Origin: a virus | Length of the DNA stretch: 40,153 bases | Virus genome (UHGV): UHGV-1363914 | Reading direction: 5' to 3' (one strand) | Shown here: one piece after another, positions 26,182 to 35,135 of the stretch | Layout of the letters: each line of letters starts with the position of its first letter | Position numbering within the stretch: position 1 is the first letter of the stretch | Notes under the pieces: model-generated | Seen by the model: only the letters and a program-made list of their open reading frames with translations | What the model was told of the DNA's origin: nothing | The model's database searches: none | Program-made: the position numbers and the translations under genes

Positions 26182-26669
26182 TTCTTGAAGTAGAAAAATT
26201 AATATTTGATTTCTTAGTTGAGAAATTAAAAGATAAAAATATAACTGTATATCATGGACTTCTACCAGAAATAAATCATGAGGATAGAGAAGAAGGAAAG
26301 AGTGAAAAAGATCTCTTTCCTTTTGCTGTTTTAAGGGTTACTAAGTTTGAACAGACTAGGAATGGGATAGATAGTTATGATGTACCAGTAGATTTAGAAG
26401 TATGGTTAGGTAGCAAAATGGATAAAGAAGAAGATTATTTAAGCAATTTGTCTATTGGAGATTATTTGAAAAAAGAGTTTTTAAATGAAAGTACAGTAGA
26501 TGGAAAATTTGCTGTGGATCAATCATATCCATTTTCGATAGAGTACTTTACTGCAGAAGCAGAGCCTTATTTTTACTCTGTTTGTAGATTTAGAGTATTC
26601 GGAATACCTGACACTTCTGAAATAATTGATAGAAAAATAGCAAAACTTTTAGGAAGGAGTGGAAAATGA
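26178..26669 (+). CDS. tail terminator / tail completion protein (DUF3168-like?)
   Basis: Position, plus a LIFDFLVEKL....VYHGLLP pattern. Confidence 0.35.
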   Translation: MILEVEKLIFDFLVEKLKDKNITVYHGLLPEINHEDREEGKSEKDLFPFAVLRVTKFEQTRNGIDSYDVPVDLEVWLGSKMDKEEDYLSNLSIGDYLKKEFLNESTVDGKFAVDQSYPFSIEYFTAEAEPYFYSVCRFRVFGIPDTSEIIDRKIAKLLGRSGK

Positions 26670-26887
26670 AAAAATATATTTATGTAGGTAAAAAATTAGA
26701 ATTACCTGAGTTTCTCTTTGTAAGAGGGACTGTGTATTTTGGAGAAGAAATTGAGAAACTTATTGAAAAATATCCTCTACTAGGAAGATTATTAATTCCT
26801 GTAGAAGATTATCCAAAAATCAATAAGGACTATCAATATTTTAATTCTATAGTAGATGAGTTAGTAGGAGGTAGAAATGAGTTATAA
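26666..26887 (+). CDS. small hypothetical structural-module protein
   Basis: ORF whose start overlaps the upstream stop and whose end overlaps the sheath start. Confidence 0.4.
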   Translation: MKKYIYVGKKLELPEFLFVRGTVYFGEEIEKLIEKYPLLGRLLIPVEDYPKINKDYQYFNSIVDELVGGRNEL

Positions 26888-28319
26888 ACATGGTACATAC
26901 CAACAAGAAGGGGCTACAGCCTTTCAGTTACCTGTGGTTTTAGATTATGGGCATTTTATAGTTGGAACAGCACCAATTCACAAAGTTAAAGCAGAAAACA
27001 GAAAAGTAAATGAAGTGATAAGAATTGGAACTTATCAGGAAGCTATTCAATACTTTGGAGACACTTATGATTTAGATTTCTCTATATCACAAGCTATCAA
27101 AGTTTTCTTTGAATTGTATGCCGTTGCACCACTTTATGTAGTTAATATCTTAGATTTAACTAAGCATAAATCAGCTAAGAAAACACTGACTAATAAAACT
27201 CTTGAAAAAGGAAAAATATTAATTCCAAGTCATAAGATAATTCCTGAAACTGTTGTTGTTAAAAATAGTGCTGGAAAACAAGTTATTTCAGATGCAAGAA
27301 TAGTTTATACATCAGAAGGATTAGAAATATATGCAACAGTAGCTGGAAATAATATTGATGTTGAATATGAAGAAGTTGATTTATCAAAAGTTACTAAAAC
27401 AGAAGCAATAGGTGGTTTTGATAGTGCAACAATGAAAAGAACTGGGTTAGAGTTAGTTAATGAGATATTTCTAAAATATTCAGAATTACCAGCTTTTATA
27501 GATGTTCCTGATTTTTCTCATGAAAGTGATGTTGCAGCTATTATGGAAACTAAGGCTAAAAATTTGAATGGTGGAATGTTTGAAGCTATGGCTTTAATTA
27601 ATGCTCCTATTGATAAGAAATATAATGAATTGGTTGAATGGAAAGAAACTAATAATATTTTAAGTAATGACCAAGTTATTTTATATGGAAAGATTAAACT
27701 TTCAGGAGAAGTATATTATCAATCTATCCACTATGCAGCTTTATCTATGAAAGTAGATGGAGAAAACAATGGAGTACCTAGTCAAGGTCCATCTAATTAC
27801 TCATACAAAATGGATGCTTTTGTATGGAAAAATGCTAGTGGAAATTATGAAGAAATAAGATTAGATAAGGAACAACAAGCCAATTTCTTAAATAAAAATG
27901 GAGTAGTTACTGCTATAAACTTAAAAGGATGGAGATGTTGGGGTTCTGAAACAGCTAAGAATCCATTAGCAACTGATCCAAAAGATAAGTTTATTTATGG
28001 TCGTAGAATGTTTAAATACATAGGTAATGAACTTGTAATATCTTATTTTGGTAATGTAGATAAGAAATTTACTTTAAAAATGGCTGAAACAATGAAAAAG
28101 TCAATGAACATTAGACTTAATGCACTTGTTGCAGCAGACCAATTATTATCAGCAAAAGTTAATTTCTATGCAGCCGATAACAGTTTGATAGATATTATAA
28201 ATGGAGATATTACTTGGACTATTGACCTTGGAATAATACCAGGAGCAAAATCCATAACATTTAAGAAAGTTTATGATGTTGATGCTTTACAAAAATTTGC
28301 TGAAAGTTTAACAGCTTAA
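26877..28319 (+). CDS. contractile tail sheath protein
   Basis: Its size (480 aa) and an N-terminal MSYKHGTYQQEG... typical of Phage_sheath fit. It is followed by a tube protein. Confidence 0.75.
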   Translation: MSYKHGTYQQEGATAFQLPVVLDYGHFIVGTAPIHKVKAENRKVNEVIRIGTYQEAIQYFGDTYDLDFSISQAIKVFFELYAVAPLYVVNILDLTKHKSAKKTLTNKTLEKGKILIPSHKIIPETVVVKNSAGKQVISDARIVYTSEGLEIYATVAGNNIDVEYEEVDLSKVTKTEAIGGFDSATMKRTGLELVNEIFLKYSELPAFIDVPDFSHESDVAAIMETKAKNLNGGMFEAMALINAPIDKKYNELVEWKETNNILSNDQVILYGKIKLSGEVYYQSIHYAALSMKVDGENNGVPSQGPSNYSYKMDAFVWKNASGNYEEIRLDKEQQANFLNKNGVVTAINLKGWRCWGSETAKNPLATDPKDKFIYGRRMFKYIGNELVISYFGNVDKKFTLKMAETMKKSMNIRLNALVAADQLLSAKVNFYAADNSLIDIINGDITWTIDLGIIPGAKSITFKKVYDVDALQKFAESLTA

Positions 28320-28334
28320 TAAGGAGGGAAAAAG

Positions 28335-28862
28335 ATGGGAAGAAAACAAATACCTAATGCTCTAATAGATGCTGAAACATATTTTAATGGTTCTAATGAT
28401 CTAGCAGGTATTTCAGAAGTTGAATTACCTAATATTGAATATGATACAGTTACATCAGAACAAATGGGATTAACAGCAGAATTAGAAGTACCTTTAATGG
28501 GGCATTTTAAAAAGTTGGAAGCTAAAATAAAAATGGATTGTGTTGATGAAACTGTCTTAGAAATCAATAATGAGAAATCTATTTTGATTGAGTGCAAAGG
28601 GGCAGCACAAGCTATGAACAGAGGAACACATGGAGCAGATGTTTATGGCATAGATGCTACTTTTAAAGGACTTATTAAGAAAATGGATGGGTTAAAGATG
28701 AAACCTAGCGGAAAGCTAGAAACATCTATTGATTTGTCTGTTACTTATTATAAATTAGAAATTGGTGGAAAAACAGTTATAGAAATAGATGTACTTAACA
28801 ATGTAAATGTTATTCACGGATTAGCTAATGAAGCAGTTAGAAGATATTTAGGATTAAATTAA
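28335..28862 (+). CDS. tail tube protein (FII/Phage_tube family)
   Basis: 175 aa. The N-terminus MGRKQIPNALIDAETYFNG...ISEVELPNIEY fits the tube pattern. Confidence 0.7.
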   Translation: MGRKQIPNALIDAETYFNGSNDLAGISEVELPNIEYDTVTSEQMGLTAELEVPLMGHFKKLEAKIKMDCVDETVLEINNEKSILIECKGAAQAMNRGTHGADVYGIDATFKGLIKKMDGLKMKPSGKLETSIDLSVTYYKLEIGGKTVIEIDVLNNVNVIHGLANEAVRRYLGLN

Positions 28863-28872
28863 GGAGGAATAA

Positions 28873-29214
28873 ATGAAAGTACAATTATCACAATTATACA
28901 ATTTTTGTGGAAAAGAATTTGAAGAATTGGATATAAATATTGAAGAAATGACAGGTAAAGACTTTATGCAGTGTGAAAAAGAGTTTAAAGCAAGAAATAA
29001 AGATGCAGGAGCAGTAAAAGAATTAGAAGATTCTTGGGCCGTAACAGTAGCAGCAAAAGCTCTTGGTGTTAAATACGGAGATTTATTAAATCTTGTATCT
29101 GTTGACTACTTGAAGGTGGTGAATGGGGTAAAGCGTTTTTTGAGCAAAGGCTGGGACGAGAAAGAGGATCAGAAGAATATTATAGAGGAAACAGCAGAGG
29201 AAATTGGTGCTTAA
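28873..29214 (+). CDS. tail assembly chaperone (E/G-like), zero-frame product
   Basis: Position between the tube and tape measure genes, and acidic. Confidence 0.6.
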   Translation: MKVQLSQLYNFCGKEFEELDINIEEMTGKDFMQCEKEFKARNKDAGAVKELEDSWAVTVAAKALGVKYGDLLNLVSVDYLKVVNGVKRFLSKGWDEKEDQKNIIEETAEEIGA

Positions 29215-29381
29215 TCTATCTGGATATGATAACTGAACTTTTAAGAGTTCTAAATTATTTTAAAGTTAATATGAGCTATGATTCAATGTTGGATTGTAGC
29301 TTGTATGAACTTGATTACTGGATAGCTAGGGCTAATAAGCTAGTTGAGGAAGAGGAAGAAAGGCAAAGTAAAGAAGATTAA
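28873..29381 (+). CDS. tail assembly chaperone, -1 frameshift fusion product (E+E'/GT-like)
   Basis: Slippery heptamer T_TTT_TTG at 29136-29142 in the zero frame. The -1 frame is open from 29106 through to the stop at 29379-29381. It encodes ...ITELLRVLNYFKVNMSYDSMLDCSLYELDYWIARANKLVEEEEE. Confidence 0.45.
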
Positions 29382-29383
29382 AA

Positions 29384-29406
29384 AAGAGGCTGTGGTTTAG
29401 CCTCTT
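29384..29406. terminator. hairpin terminator serving the minus-strand gene
   Basis: Stem AAGAGGCT / AGCCTCTT (8 bp) with loop GTGGTTT. A T-run follows on the minus strand only. Confidence 0.55.
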
Positions 29407-29659
29407 ATGGTGTGTTATTACATATTGTATCTATTAATGTTAGAGTTCCAAAAATATACATAATTATTGATACCATAGATATAATTTTTTGAAAAGTCGA
29501 ACCATCTGTAAAAGCTTCATAAAAACCTGCTAAAATTAACCAGCCTATTGGTGTTAGAATTAAAAATAAAGTTGTCAGAAGTATCAAACCCAAAATACAA
29601 AAGCTAAATAAAAAAGGTGATTTTTTAAAACCTTTAAATATAATTTCTTTGTTATTCAC
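29405..29659 (-). CDS. two-TM small membrane protein (84 aa), moron antisense to the tail operon
   Basis: GTG start with AGGAGG 7 nt upstream (minus strand). Two hydrophobic helices (FLFSFCILGLILLTTLFLILTPIGWLILAGF and ISMVSIIMYIFGTLTLI). Own promoter TTGACT-17-TATATT on the minus strand (about 29692-29720) and own terminator. Confidence 0.55.
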   Translation of the reverse strand: MNNKEIIFKGFKKSPFLFSFCILGLILLTTLFLILTPIGWLILAGFYEAFTDGSTFQKIISMVSIIMYIFGTLTLIDTICNNTP

Positions 29660-29744
29660 TAAAATACCTCCTTTTCCCTATTGTTTTTTATAATATATAA
29701 TATTTACTTTTAAAAGTCAACAAAATAAATGAGGAGGTGGCAGA

Positions 29745-32270
29745 ATGTCAAAAGATATGAGTTTAGTTTGGCAAATGAGTGTAGCAGGAGCAGCAGGAGC
29801 TATGACAGCACTATCTAAAGCAACCCAAGCTATGAAAGATGTGAAAGACTCTACAGAAGATTTGGTGAAATCGCAAAAAAAATTAGAAAGTTTAGACAAG
29901 GTTGCTGAGGCATATAAAAATGCTAATTCAGAATACAATAAAGCAGCTAAAAATTTAGAAAGTTTAAGAAAAGCATATTTAAAATCAAACAATGTTACTG
30001 CAGAATTTAAAGAACAAATAAAGAATGCTGAAAAACATGTTGAAAAACTTAATAAACAAAAAGAAAGACAAAAGCACATCTTTCAAGCTGCAAGAAGTGA
30101 ATTAGAAAAAGAGGGCATAAAATTAGAGGGATATAAAAAGAAATTAAAAGAAGTTAATGATGAACTTAAGAAACAGGAAAAATTAAAAAAAGATTTAAGC
30201 AAAGCACAAGCTATCTCTGATTTAGGAAGTAAATTTTCTCAAAAGGGTAGTGAACAAATTAGAAGAGGAGCAGCTACAGGAGCTGTACTAGCTATACCTG
30301 TTAAATTTTACATGGATGTAGAAGAGTCTCAAGCAGACTTAAGAAAAATTCTAGGGAAAGAAGCTGAGAAATACTATGATGATTTAGCTGAATTATCTAA
30401 GAACGGACCTCTATCACAAATAGAAATTAATGAGATTGCAGGTAGTTTAGCACAATCAGGGATAAAAGGTGAGGATATTGTAGCTTATACTGATATGGCT
30501 GGAAAAATGAAAGTAGCATTTGATATTTCTACAGATGAGGCAGGTACATTTTTAGCGAAAACAAAAGAGCAATTAAATTTATCTAAAGATGAATTATTCT
30601 CTTATATGGATACACTCAATATGTTATCTAATAACTACTCTGTTACTGCTGCTCAACTAGCCGATGTATCAGCTAGAACAGGTGGATTTGCTAAGTCTAT
30701 AAACTTATCTAAAGAATCTAATATGGCGTTTGCTACATCTCTTATATCTGCTAGCGTAAGTGCAGAGCAAACAAGTACTGTATTAGGTAAGCTATATTCA
30801 GAACTTTCTCAAGGTGCTAATACTAAGAATAAAGCGTCTGCTTTAGAATACTTAGGATTTGATCCTAGGACTATAAACAAAGAAATGGCTGAAAATGCCG
30901 AAGGTACTATCTTAAAAGTACTAGAAAGAATTAAAAATTCTAATGTTGCAGACAAGTCAGCATTGATCAGTGATATTTTTGGAAGTGATAAATCTGTAAT
31001 TAACGGATTATCGGTATTATCTGAAAACTTAGATGGAGTTAAGGAAAAACTAGACAAAGCAAAACAAGCTGTATCTGAAAATGAAAGAGTTAATGGAGAG
31101 TATGAAGACAGAATAAACACTTTATCTAATCAATTAAAGATGTTTAGGAATAATGCTTTTAATGCTCTTGCAGATATTGGAAATAGTATAGCTCCTGAAC
31201 TTAAAGAAGCTTTAAATACTTTTAAAGAATTTGCAGGAAAGATAGCTAATTTCATAAAAGAAAATCCTAAGCTAGTAGCTTTTATAGTTAAGATGGTTGC
31301 TGGATTTGCAGCTATGAATTTTGGAATGGGTGTTGCTAACAAAATATTGTTAGGTCCATTTGCAAAAGGTGTTGGCTGGTTGTATAAATTCGGGGCATTT
31401 AAAAGTAAAGGGGGACTTTTGTTTGCATTAAAAAGAATGTTTCCTCTAGCTTCAAAACTATTTGGAACGTTTATGAAGATTGGAAAATTCTTAGGCGGAA
31501 AATTCATAACTGTTATAAAAATTGTAGGTACTGCTTTAAAAATAGCTCTTACAGCAAATCCAATAGGACTTATTATAGCTGCAATTGTAGCTGTTATTGC
31601 TATATTTGTAGTTTTATATAAAAAATGTGAATGGTTTAGAAATATGGTTAATGCTGTATGGAAAGCTATTAAAGATACTTTTTCAAGTGTTTGGGAATGG
31701 ATAAAAGGTCAATTTAATGCTTTGGTAGATATTGGTGCTAAGGCTTGGAATGGATTAAAAGAGAGTGGAGCAGCTATTATTGATAAAATAAAAGATGCAT
31801 TTAAAGGTTTCTTTGATTGGTTACATAATAAATGGGAAGATTTAAAATCCTTAGGCTCTAAATTAAACCCATTCAAATGGTTTGGTAAAAAAGATAATGC
31901 TATTCCACAAAATTATTCTGGTACAAATTATTTTGGAGGTGGACTTACAACTCTTGCTGAAAGAGGAGCAGAGCTAGTAGAAATGAATAATAATTCTTAT
32001 CTAGTAAATTCTAAAACATTAGCTAATTTACCTCATGGAGCTAAAATTTTAAATAATTCACAAACAAGAAAATCTTTATCTTCAAGGGTATCTTCTTTAA
32101 AAGACAGAATAAGAAATATCTCTAATAATAATTCAAAAACAATTATAGGTGGAGATACTATAACTATCAATATTAAAGGTGGTTCTGGAAATGCTACGGA
32201 TATTGCTAGAGAAGTTAAAAGAGTAATTGAAGAAATGCAAAGTAAGAAAAGAAGGACGGCGATAATATGA
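29745..32270 (+). CDS. tail tape measure protein
   Basis: 841 aa. Coiled-coil N-terminus, TP901-type TMP core region, central hydrophobic segments. GAGGAGG RBS. Confidence 0.8.
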   Translation: MSKDMSLVWQMSVAGAAGAMTALSKATQAMKDVKDSTEDLVKSQKKLESLDKVAEAYKNANSEYNKAAKNLESLRKAYLKSNNVTAEFKEQIKNAEKHVEKLNKQKERQKHIFQAARSELEKEGIKLEGYKKKLKEVNDELKKQEKLKKDLSKAQAISDLGSKFSQKGSEQIRRGAATGAVLAIPVKFYMDVEESQADLRKILGKEAEKYYDDLAELSKNGPLSQIEINEIAGSLAQSGIKGEDIVAYTDMAGKMKVAFDISTDEAGTFLAKTKEQLNLSKDELFSYMDTLNMLSNNYSVTAAQLADVSARTGGFAKSINLSKESNMAFATSLISASVSAEQTSTVLGKLYSELSQGANTKNKASALEYLGFDPRTINKEMAENAEGTILKVLERIKNSNVADKSALISDIFGSDKSVINGLSVLSENLDGVKEKLDKAKQAVSENERVNGEYEDRINTLSNQLKMFRNNAFNALADIGNSIAPELKEALNTFKEFAGKIANFIKENPKLVAFIVKMVAGFAAMNFGMGVANKILLGPFAKGVGWLYKFGAFKSKGGLLFALKRMFPLASKLFGTFMKIGKFLGGKFITVIKIVGTALKIALTANPIGLIIAAIVAVIAIFVVLYKKCEWFRNMVNAVWKAIKDTFSSVWEWIKGQFNALVDIGAKAWNGLKESGAAIIDKIKDAFKGFFDWLHNKWEDLKSLGSKLNPFKWFGKKDNAIPQNYSGTNYFGGGLTTLAERGAELVEMNNNSYLVNSKTLANLPHGAKILNNSQTRKSLSSRVSSLKDRIRNISNNNSKTIIGGDTITINIKGGSGNATDIAREVKRVIEEMQSKKRRTAII

Positions 32271-32488
32271 AAAAAGTAAAAGTTTATAAGACAGTTAGTG
32301 GAGATACCTGGGACTTGATAAGTTATAAATTATATGGTTCTGAACAGTATTTTCACCAGCTAATGAGGGCTAATCTTAATTTATTATCTATCGCTGTATT
32401 TGATTCTAATATACCTATCATAGTACCAGAAGTTACGCCTATCGCAAGCGTTGTAGAAACATCTAAACTACCTCCATGGAAAAGATAA
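32267..32488 (+). CDS. tail protein X (gpX / LysM-like)
   Basis: 73 aa. YKTVSGDTWDLISYKLYGSEQYFHQLMRANLNLL...IPIIVPE matches Phage_tail_X (y.v..GDTld.ia...yG.....l..aNp.l....lp.G..l.iP). Confidence 0.6.
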   Translation: MKKVKVYKTVSGDTWDLISYKLYGSEQYFHQLMRANLNLLSIAVFDSNIPIIVPEVTPIASVVETSKLPPWKR

Positions 32489-32498
32489 TGTAATAATA

Positions 32499-32527
32499 TT
32501 GATTTTATACGGAATTTATAGTACAAT
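32499..32527 (+). promoter_or_regulatory. sigma70-like promoter TTGATT-17-TACAAT for the lipoprotein moron
   Basis: Read directly from the sequence. A second TATAAT lies at 32534-32539. It sits in the 70-bp gap between gpX and the lipoprotein gene. Confidence 0.4.
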
Positions 32528-32557
32528 AGGTATTATAATTTTATCAGGAGGGAGAAT

Positions 32558-33337
32558 ATGTTAAAAAAAATAATTTTATTTTTAGTACTTATTTTCTTCA
32601 TTGGTTGCGGATCTGAAAAAGCTACAGAAGCACCGCAAGAACCAATAAAAGAAGATAATTCTAGTATGTCTGTTGTTATTACAGATAAGAAAACTGGTGA
32701 TACGTGGATACAAATTCTGGTACCTGATGATGCTACAGATATTCAAATTAATGAAAAAATGGCTGAATATGTTAAAAAATATCTTGATGATGGAATGAAA
32801 GATTTTATAGTGCAAGCATATGGAGACCAAAGATTTTGGAATAAGACCTTTGGAACACACGGATATACTAACGTTAGAAATGGACAGAATGTTGAAAGTT
32901 ATGCACAAGCTAGAGTATACATCCCATCTGAAGATGAAAAAGAGTTGTACCTTGAGTATTACCACGCTGTTGCTAATTTAATTGATACTGGAGAAAAAGA
33001 AGAAACAGCAAAGCAAACAGTTCTAAACATTTTAACTAATAGACTAAGTAAATCAGAGCAAGAAATAAAAGATATTCTAGCTAAAGTAGATGACTACTTA
33101 GATTTAAAAAGTGCTAATGTGAAAACTCAAGACACAAGTAAAGATACAAATGAAGTACGATATGAAGATTTTAAAAAAGTTAAAGGTTTTGAAGACTACA
33201 TAGCAGAAAAAGGAAAAGATACAAATGATGAGTCTATAAAATCGTATCTAAAAGAAGAAAAAATAGACTTAAGTGTAGAAGAGTTTAAAGCTTTGCAAGA
33301 GAAAGTTACAGAATGGGATAAAAATAGAAATAAATAA
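32558..33337 (+). CDS. lipoprotein (signal peptide plus lipobox FIGC), moron inside the tail module
   Basis: MLKKIILFLVLIFFIGCGSE is a type II signal peptide with a lipobox Cys. The mature protein is acidic and hydrophilic. Own promoter and terminator. Confidence 0.7.
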   Translation: MLKKIILFLVLIFFIGCGSEKATEAPQEPIKEDNSSMSVVITDKKTGDTWIQILVPDDATDIQINEKMAEYVKKYLDDGMKDFIVQAYGDQRFWNKTFGTHGYTNVRNGQNVESYAQARVYIPSEDEKELYLEYYHAVANLIDTGEKEETAKQTVLNILTNRLSKSEQEIKDILAKVDDYLDLKSANVKTQDTSKDTNEVRYEDFKKVKGFEDYIAEKGKDTNDESIKSYLKEEKIDLSVEEFKALQEKVTEWDKNRNK

Positions 33338-33351
33338 ATATCTGGAATCCA

Positions 33352-33380
33352 AGAGCAGTGCAAAAGCTGCTCTTTTTTTA
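33352..33380 (+). terminator. rho-independent terminator after the lipoprotein gene
   Basis: Stem AGAGCAG / CTGCTCT with loop TGCAAAAG, then TTTTTTT. Confidence 0.6.
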
Positions 33381-33402
33381 TTGCAAAAAGGAGGTTGGTG
33401 TA

Positions 33403-34158
33403 ATTGGGATAGCTAGAAACATAAAGATATTAGTTTTCTATGAAGGAGTAGACATAACTGAAGAAATACAACCTAGTATCTCGTCTATGACTTACACAGA
33501 TAACTCAAAAAATGCTGTAGATGACTTAGAGTTAAACCTGGAAAACTTAGATTATAGATGGCTTAATGAATGGTATCCAGATGAAAATTCAAGACTCTTA
33601 ATAGGTATCCAGCAAAATGAAAATGGGAAATCTAAGTTCTTAGACCTTGGAATTTTCTATGTAGATGAACCTACTTTTAATAATCAAAGATTATCCTTAA
33701 AATGCCTGGCATTGCCATTAGACCAAACCATTAGAGAACAAGTTAACAGTGTTGCATGGGAAAAAATAACTCTATCTGAACTAGTATCTAAAATTGCAGT
33801 TAAGCATGAATTAGACTATGAGTTACATTGTGATAATGCCTTCTTTGATAGACTAGACCAGGATAGAGAAACAGATTTAGGTTTTTTAAATAGGGTTCTA
33901 TCTGAAACAGCTCTAAGTTTGAAAGTTACTGATGATAAGTTAATAGTCTTTAATGATGAGGCATTAATTGATAATGATAATATTGATATCTTTAATATTA
34001 AAGATTTTCGTATTAGAAGCTTTACTCTAAAGAAGAAAAATCAAGGAGTTTACGATAAAGTGGAAGTTAGCTATTATGACGCAGACAAGAAGCAGCACAT
34101 TGTTGAGACAATTACAAAAGAAGAACTTGAGAAAAGAAATGAGGTAAAACATGCTTGA
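33403..34158 (+). CDS. baseplate hub protein, Phage_GPD (P2 gpD / Mu P-like) N-terminal part
   Basis: ILVFYEGVDITEEIQP...DDLELNLEN...LDLGIFYVDEP is the GPD family pattern. The start is uncertain: AGGAGG at 33389-33394 is followed in frame only by ATT (33403), and the track's GTG at 33358 lies inside the upstream terminator stem. Confidence 0.55.
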   Translation: MGIARNIKILVFYEGVDITEEIQPSISSMTYTDNSKNAVDDLELNLENLDYRWLNEWYPDENSRLLIGIQQNENGKSKFLDLGIFYVDEPTFNNQRLSLKCLALPLDQTIREQVNSVAWEKITLSELVSKIAVKHELDYELHCDNAFFDRLDQDRETDLGFLNRVLSETALSLKVTDDKLIVFNDEALIDNDNIDIFNIKDFRIRSFTLKKKNQGVYDKVEVSYYDADKKQHIVETITKEELEKRNEVKHA

Positions 34159-34666
34159 TGATGGAGGATACATAGCTTTTAAAGAGAAAGCTAACAAGAC
34201 AAAAACTAAAAAAAGAGTTAAAAAAGCTAAGACAAAAAAGATTAAAACTAAAGGAAAATCTCAAGCTAAGAAAGTGGCCGAGAAAACTTTAAAGGACAGC
34301 TTAAAGCAAGAATACTCTATAAACTTAACAGTTGATGGAGATGTAAAATACTGTGCAGGTTGCCTTATAGAACTAGATGACAGCTTTGGTAGATTTGCTG
34401 GACGATATGTAATTGATAAAGTTACTCACAATATCTCAGGAGACTACACTTGTGATATAGAAGCTTTTAAAGTTGGTGCTAGACAAAATGCAGAAGAAAG
34501 AGCAAAAGCAATTGATAAAGCTAAAAGAGATAAGAAGGAAAAAGAGAAAGAAGTTAGGAAGAAAGCTAGAAAAAAAGAAAGAGAAAAAAGAAAAGCAAAT
34601 AAGATTAAAAATAAAAAGGAGGTGAGTAAGAATGCTGGATATCTTGAAGCAAGGAGAAGTAAATGA
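34151..34666 (+). CDS. gpD C-terminal-like protein with lysine-rich low-complexity tracts
   Basis: GRFAGRYVIDKVTHNISGDYTCDIEA matches the C-terminal motif of GPD proteins (G.Y.v..v.H.l...gy.t.le). It has a GAGGT RBS and an ATG overlapping the upstream stop. The K-rich stretches are KTKKRVKKAKTKKIKTKGK and RKKARKKEREKRKANKIKNKK. Confidence 0.5.
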   Translation: MLDDGGYIAFKEKANKTKTKKRVKKAKTKKIKTKGKSQAKKVAEKTLKDSLKQEYSINLTVDGDVKYCAGCLIELDDSFGRFAGRYVIDKVTHNISGDYTCDIEAFKVGARQNAEERAKAIDKAKRDKKEKEKEVRKKARKKEREKRKANKIKNKKEVSKNAGYLEARRSK

Positions 34667-35135
34667 TATAGACATAGCTAATGGTAAAGCAAGAGTTATA
34701 TTTCCTGACAGAGACAATAAGATAAGTGATTGGTTAAATATTCTGGTTCCATTTTCAGAATCACATTCTGATAGTTATCATCTAGAAAAAGGTCAAACAG
34801 TCATAGTCTTATCATTGCCAGATATGATGGAGCAAGGTTATATCTTAGGTTGTCCTATGAGACCTTCAAAAATTTCTAAAGGAGAAGTAAAAAGGACATT
34901 CTCAGATGGAGGATTCTATTCTTACAAAGATGGAGTTTTGGCATTATCTCCTATCACAAAAGTAGTTATTAATGCAGATGTGGAGATAAAAAAGACTTTA
35001 ACTGTAGATGGAGATACAACTTTTAAATCTAATACTGATACAAAAGGTACTGCTAAATTAGGAAATATTAATCTTAATGAGCATACTCACCCAGGAATAC
35101 AACCTGGAAATAGCAAGACAGGAGGTCCATCATGA
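34632..35135 (+). CDS. baseplate spike protein gpV (Phage_base_V)
   Basis: GEVNDIDIANGKARVIFPDRDNKISDWLNILVP...HLEKGQTVIVLSLPDMMEQGYILGC and the C-terminal EHTHPG fit the gpV family. Confidence 0.7.
   Translation: MLDILKQGEVNDIDIANGKARVIFPDRDNKISDWLNILVPFSESHSDSYHLEKGQTVIVLSLPDMMEQGYILGCPMRPSKISKGEVKRTFSDGGFYSYKDGVLALSPITKVVINADVEIKKTLTVDGDTTFKSNTDTKGTAKLGNINLNEHTHPGIQPGNSKTGGPS

Noticed and set aside
33358-33402. GTG start of the gpD-like ORF as given in the track
   Set aside because: The GTG lies inside the stem of the upstream rho-independent terminator and precedes the AGGAGG RBS. Translation more plausibly begins downstream of the RBS.
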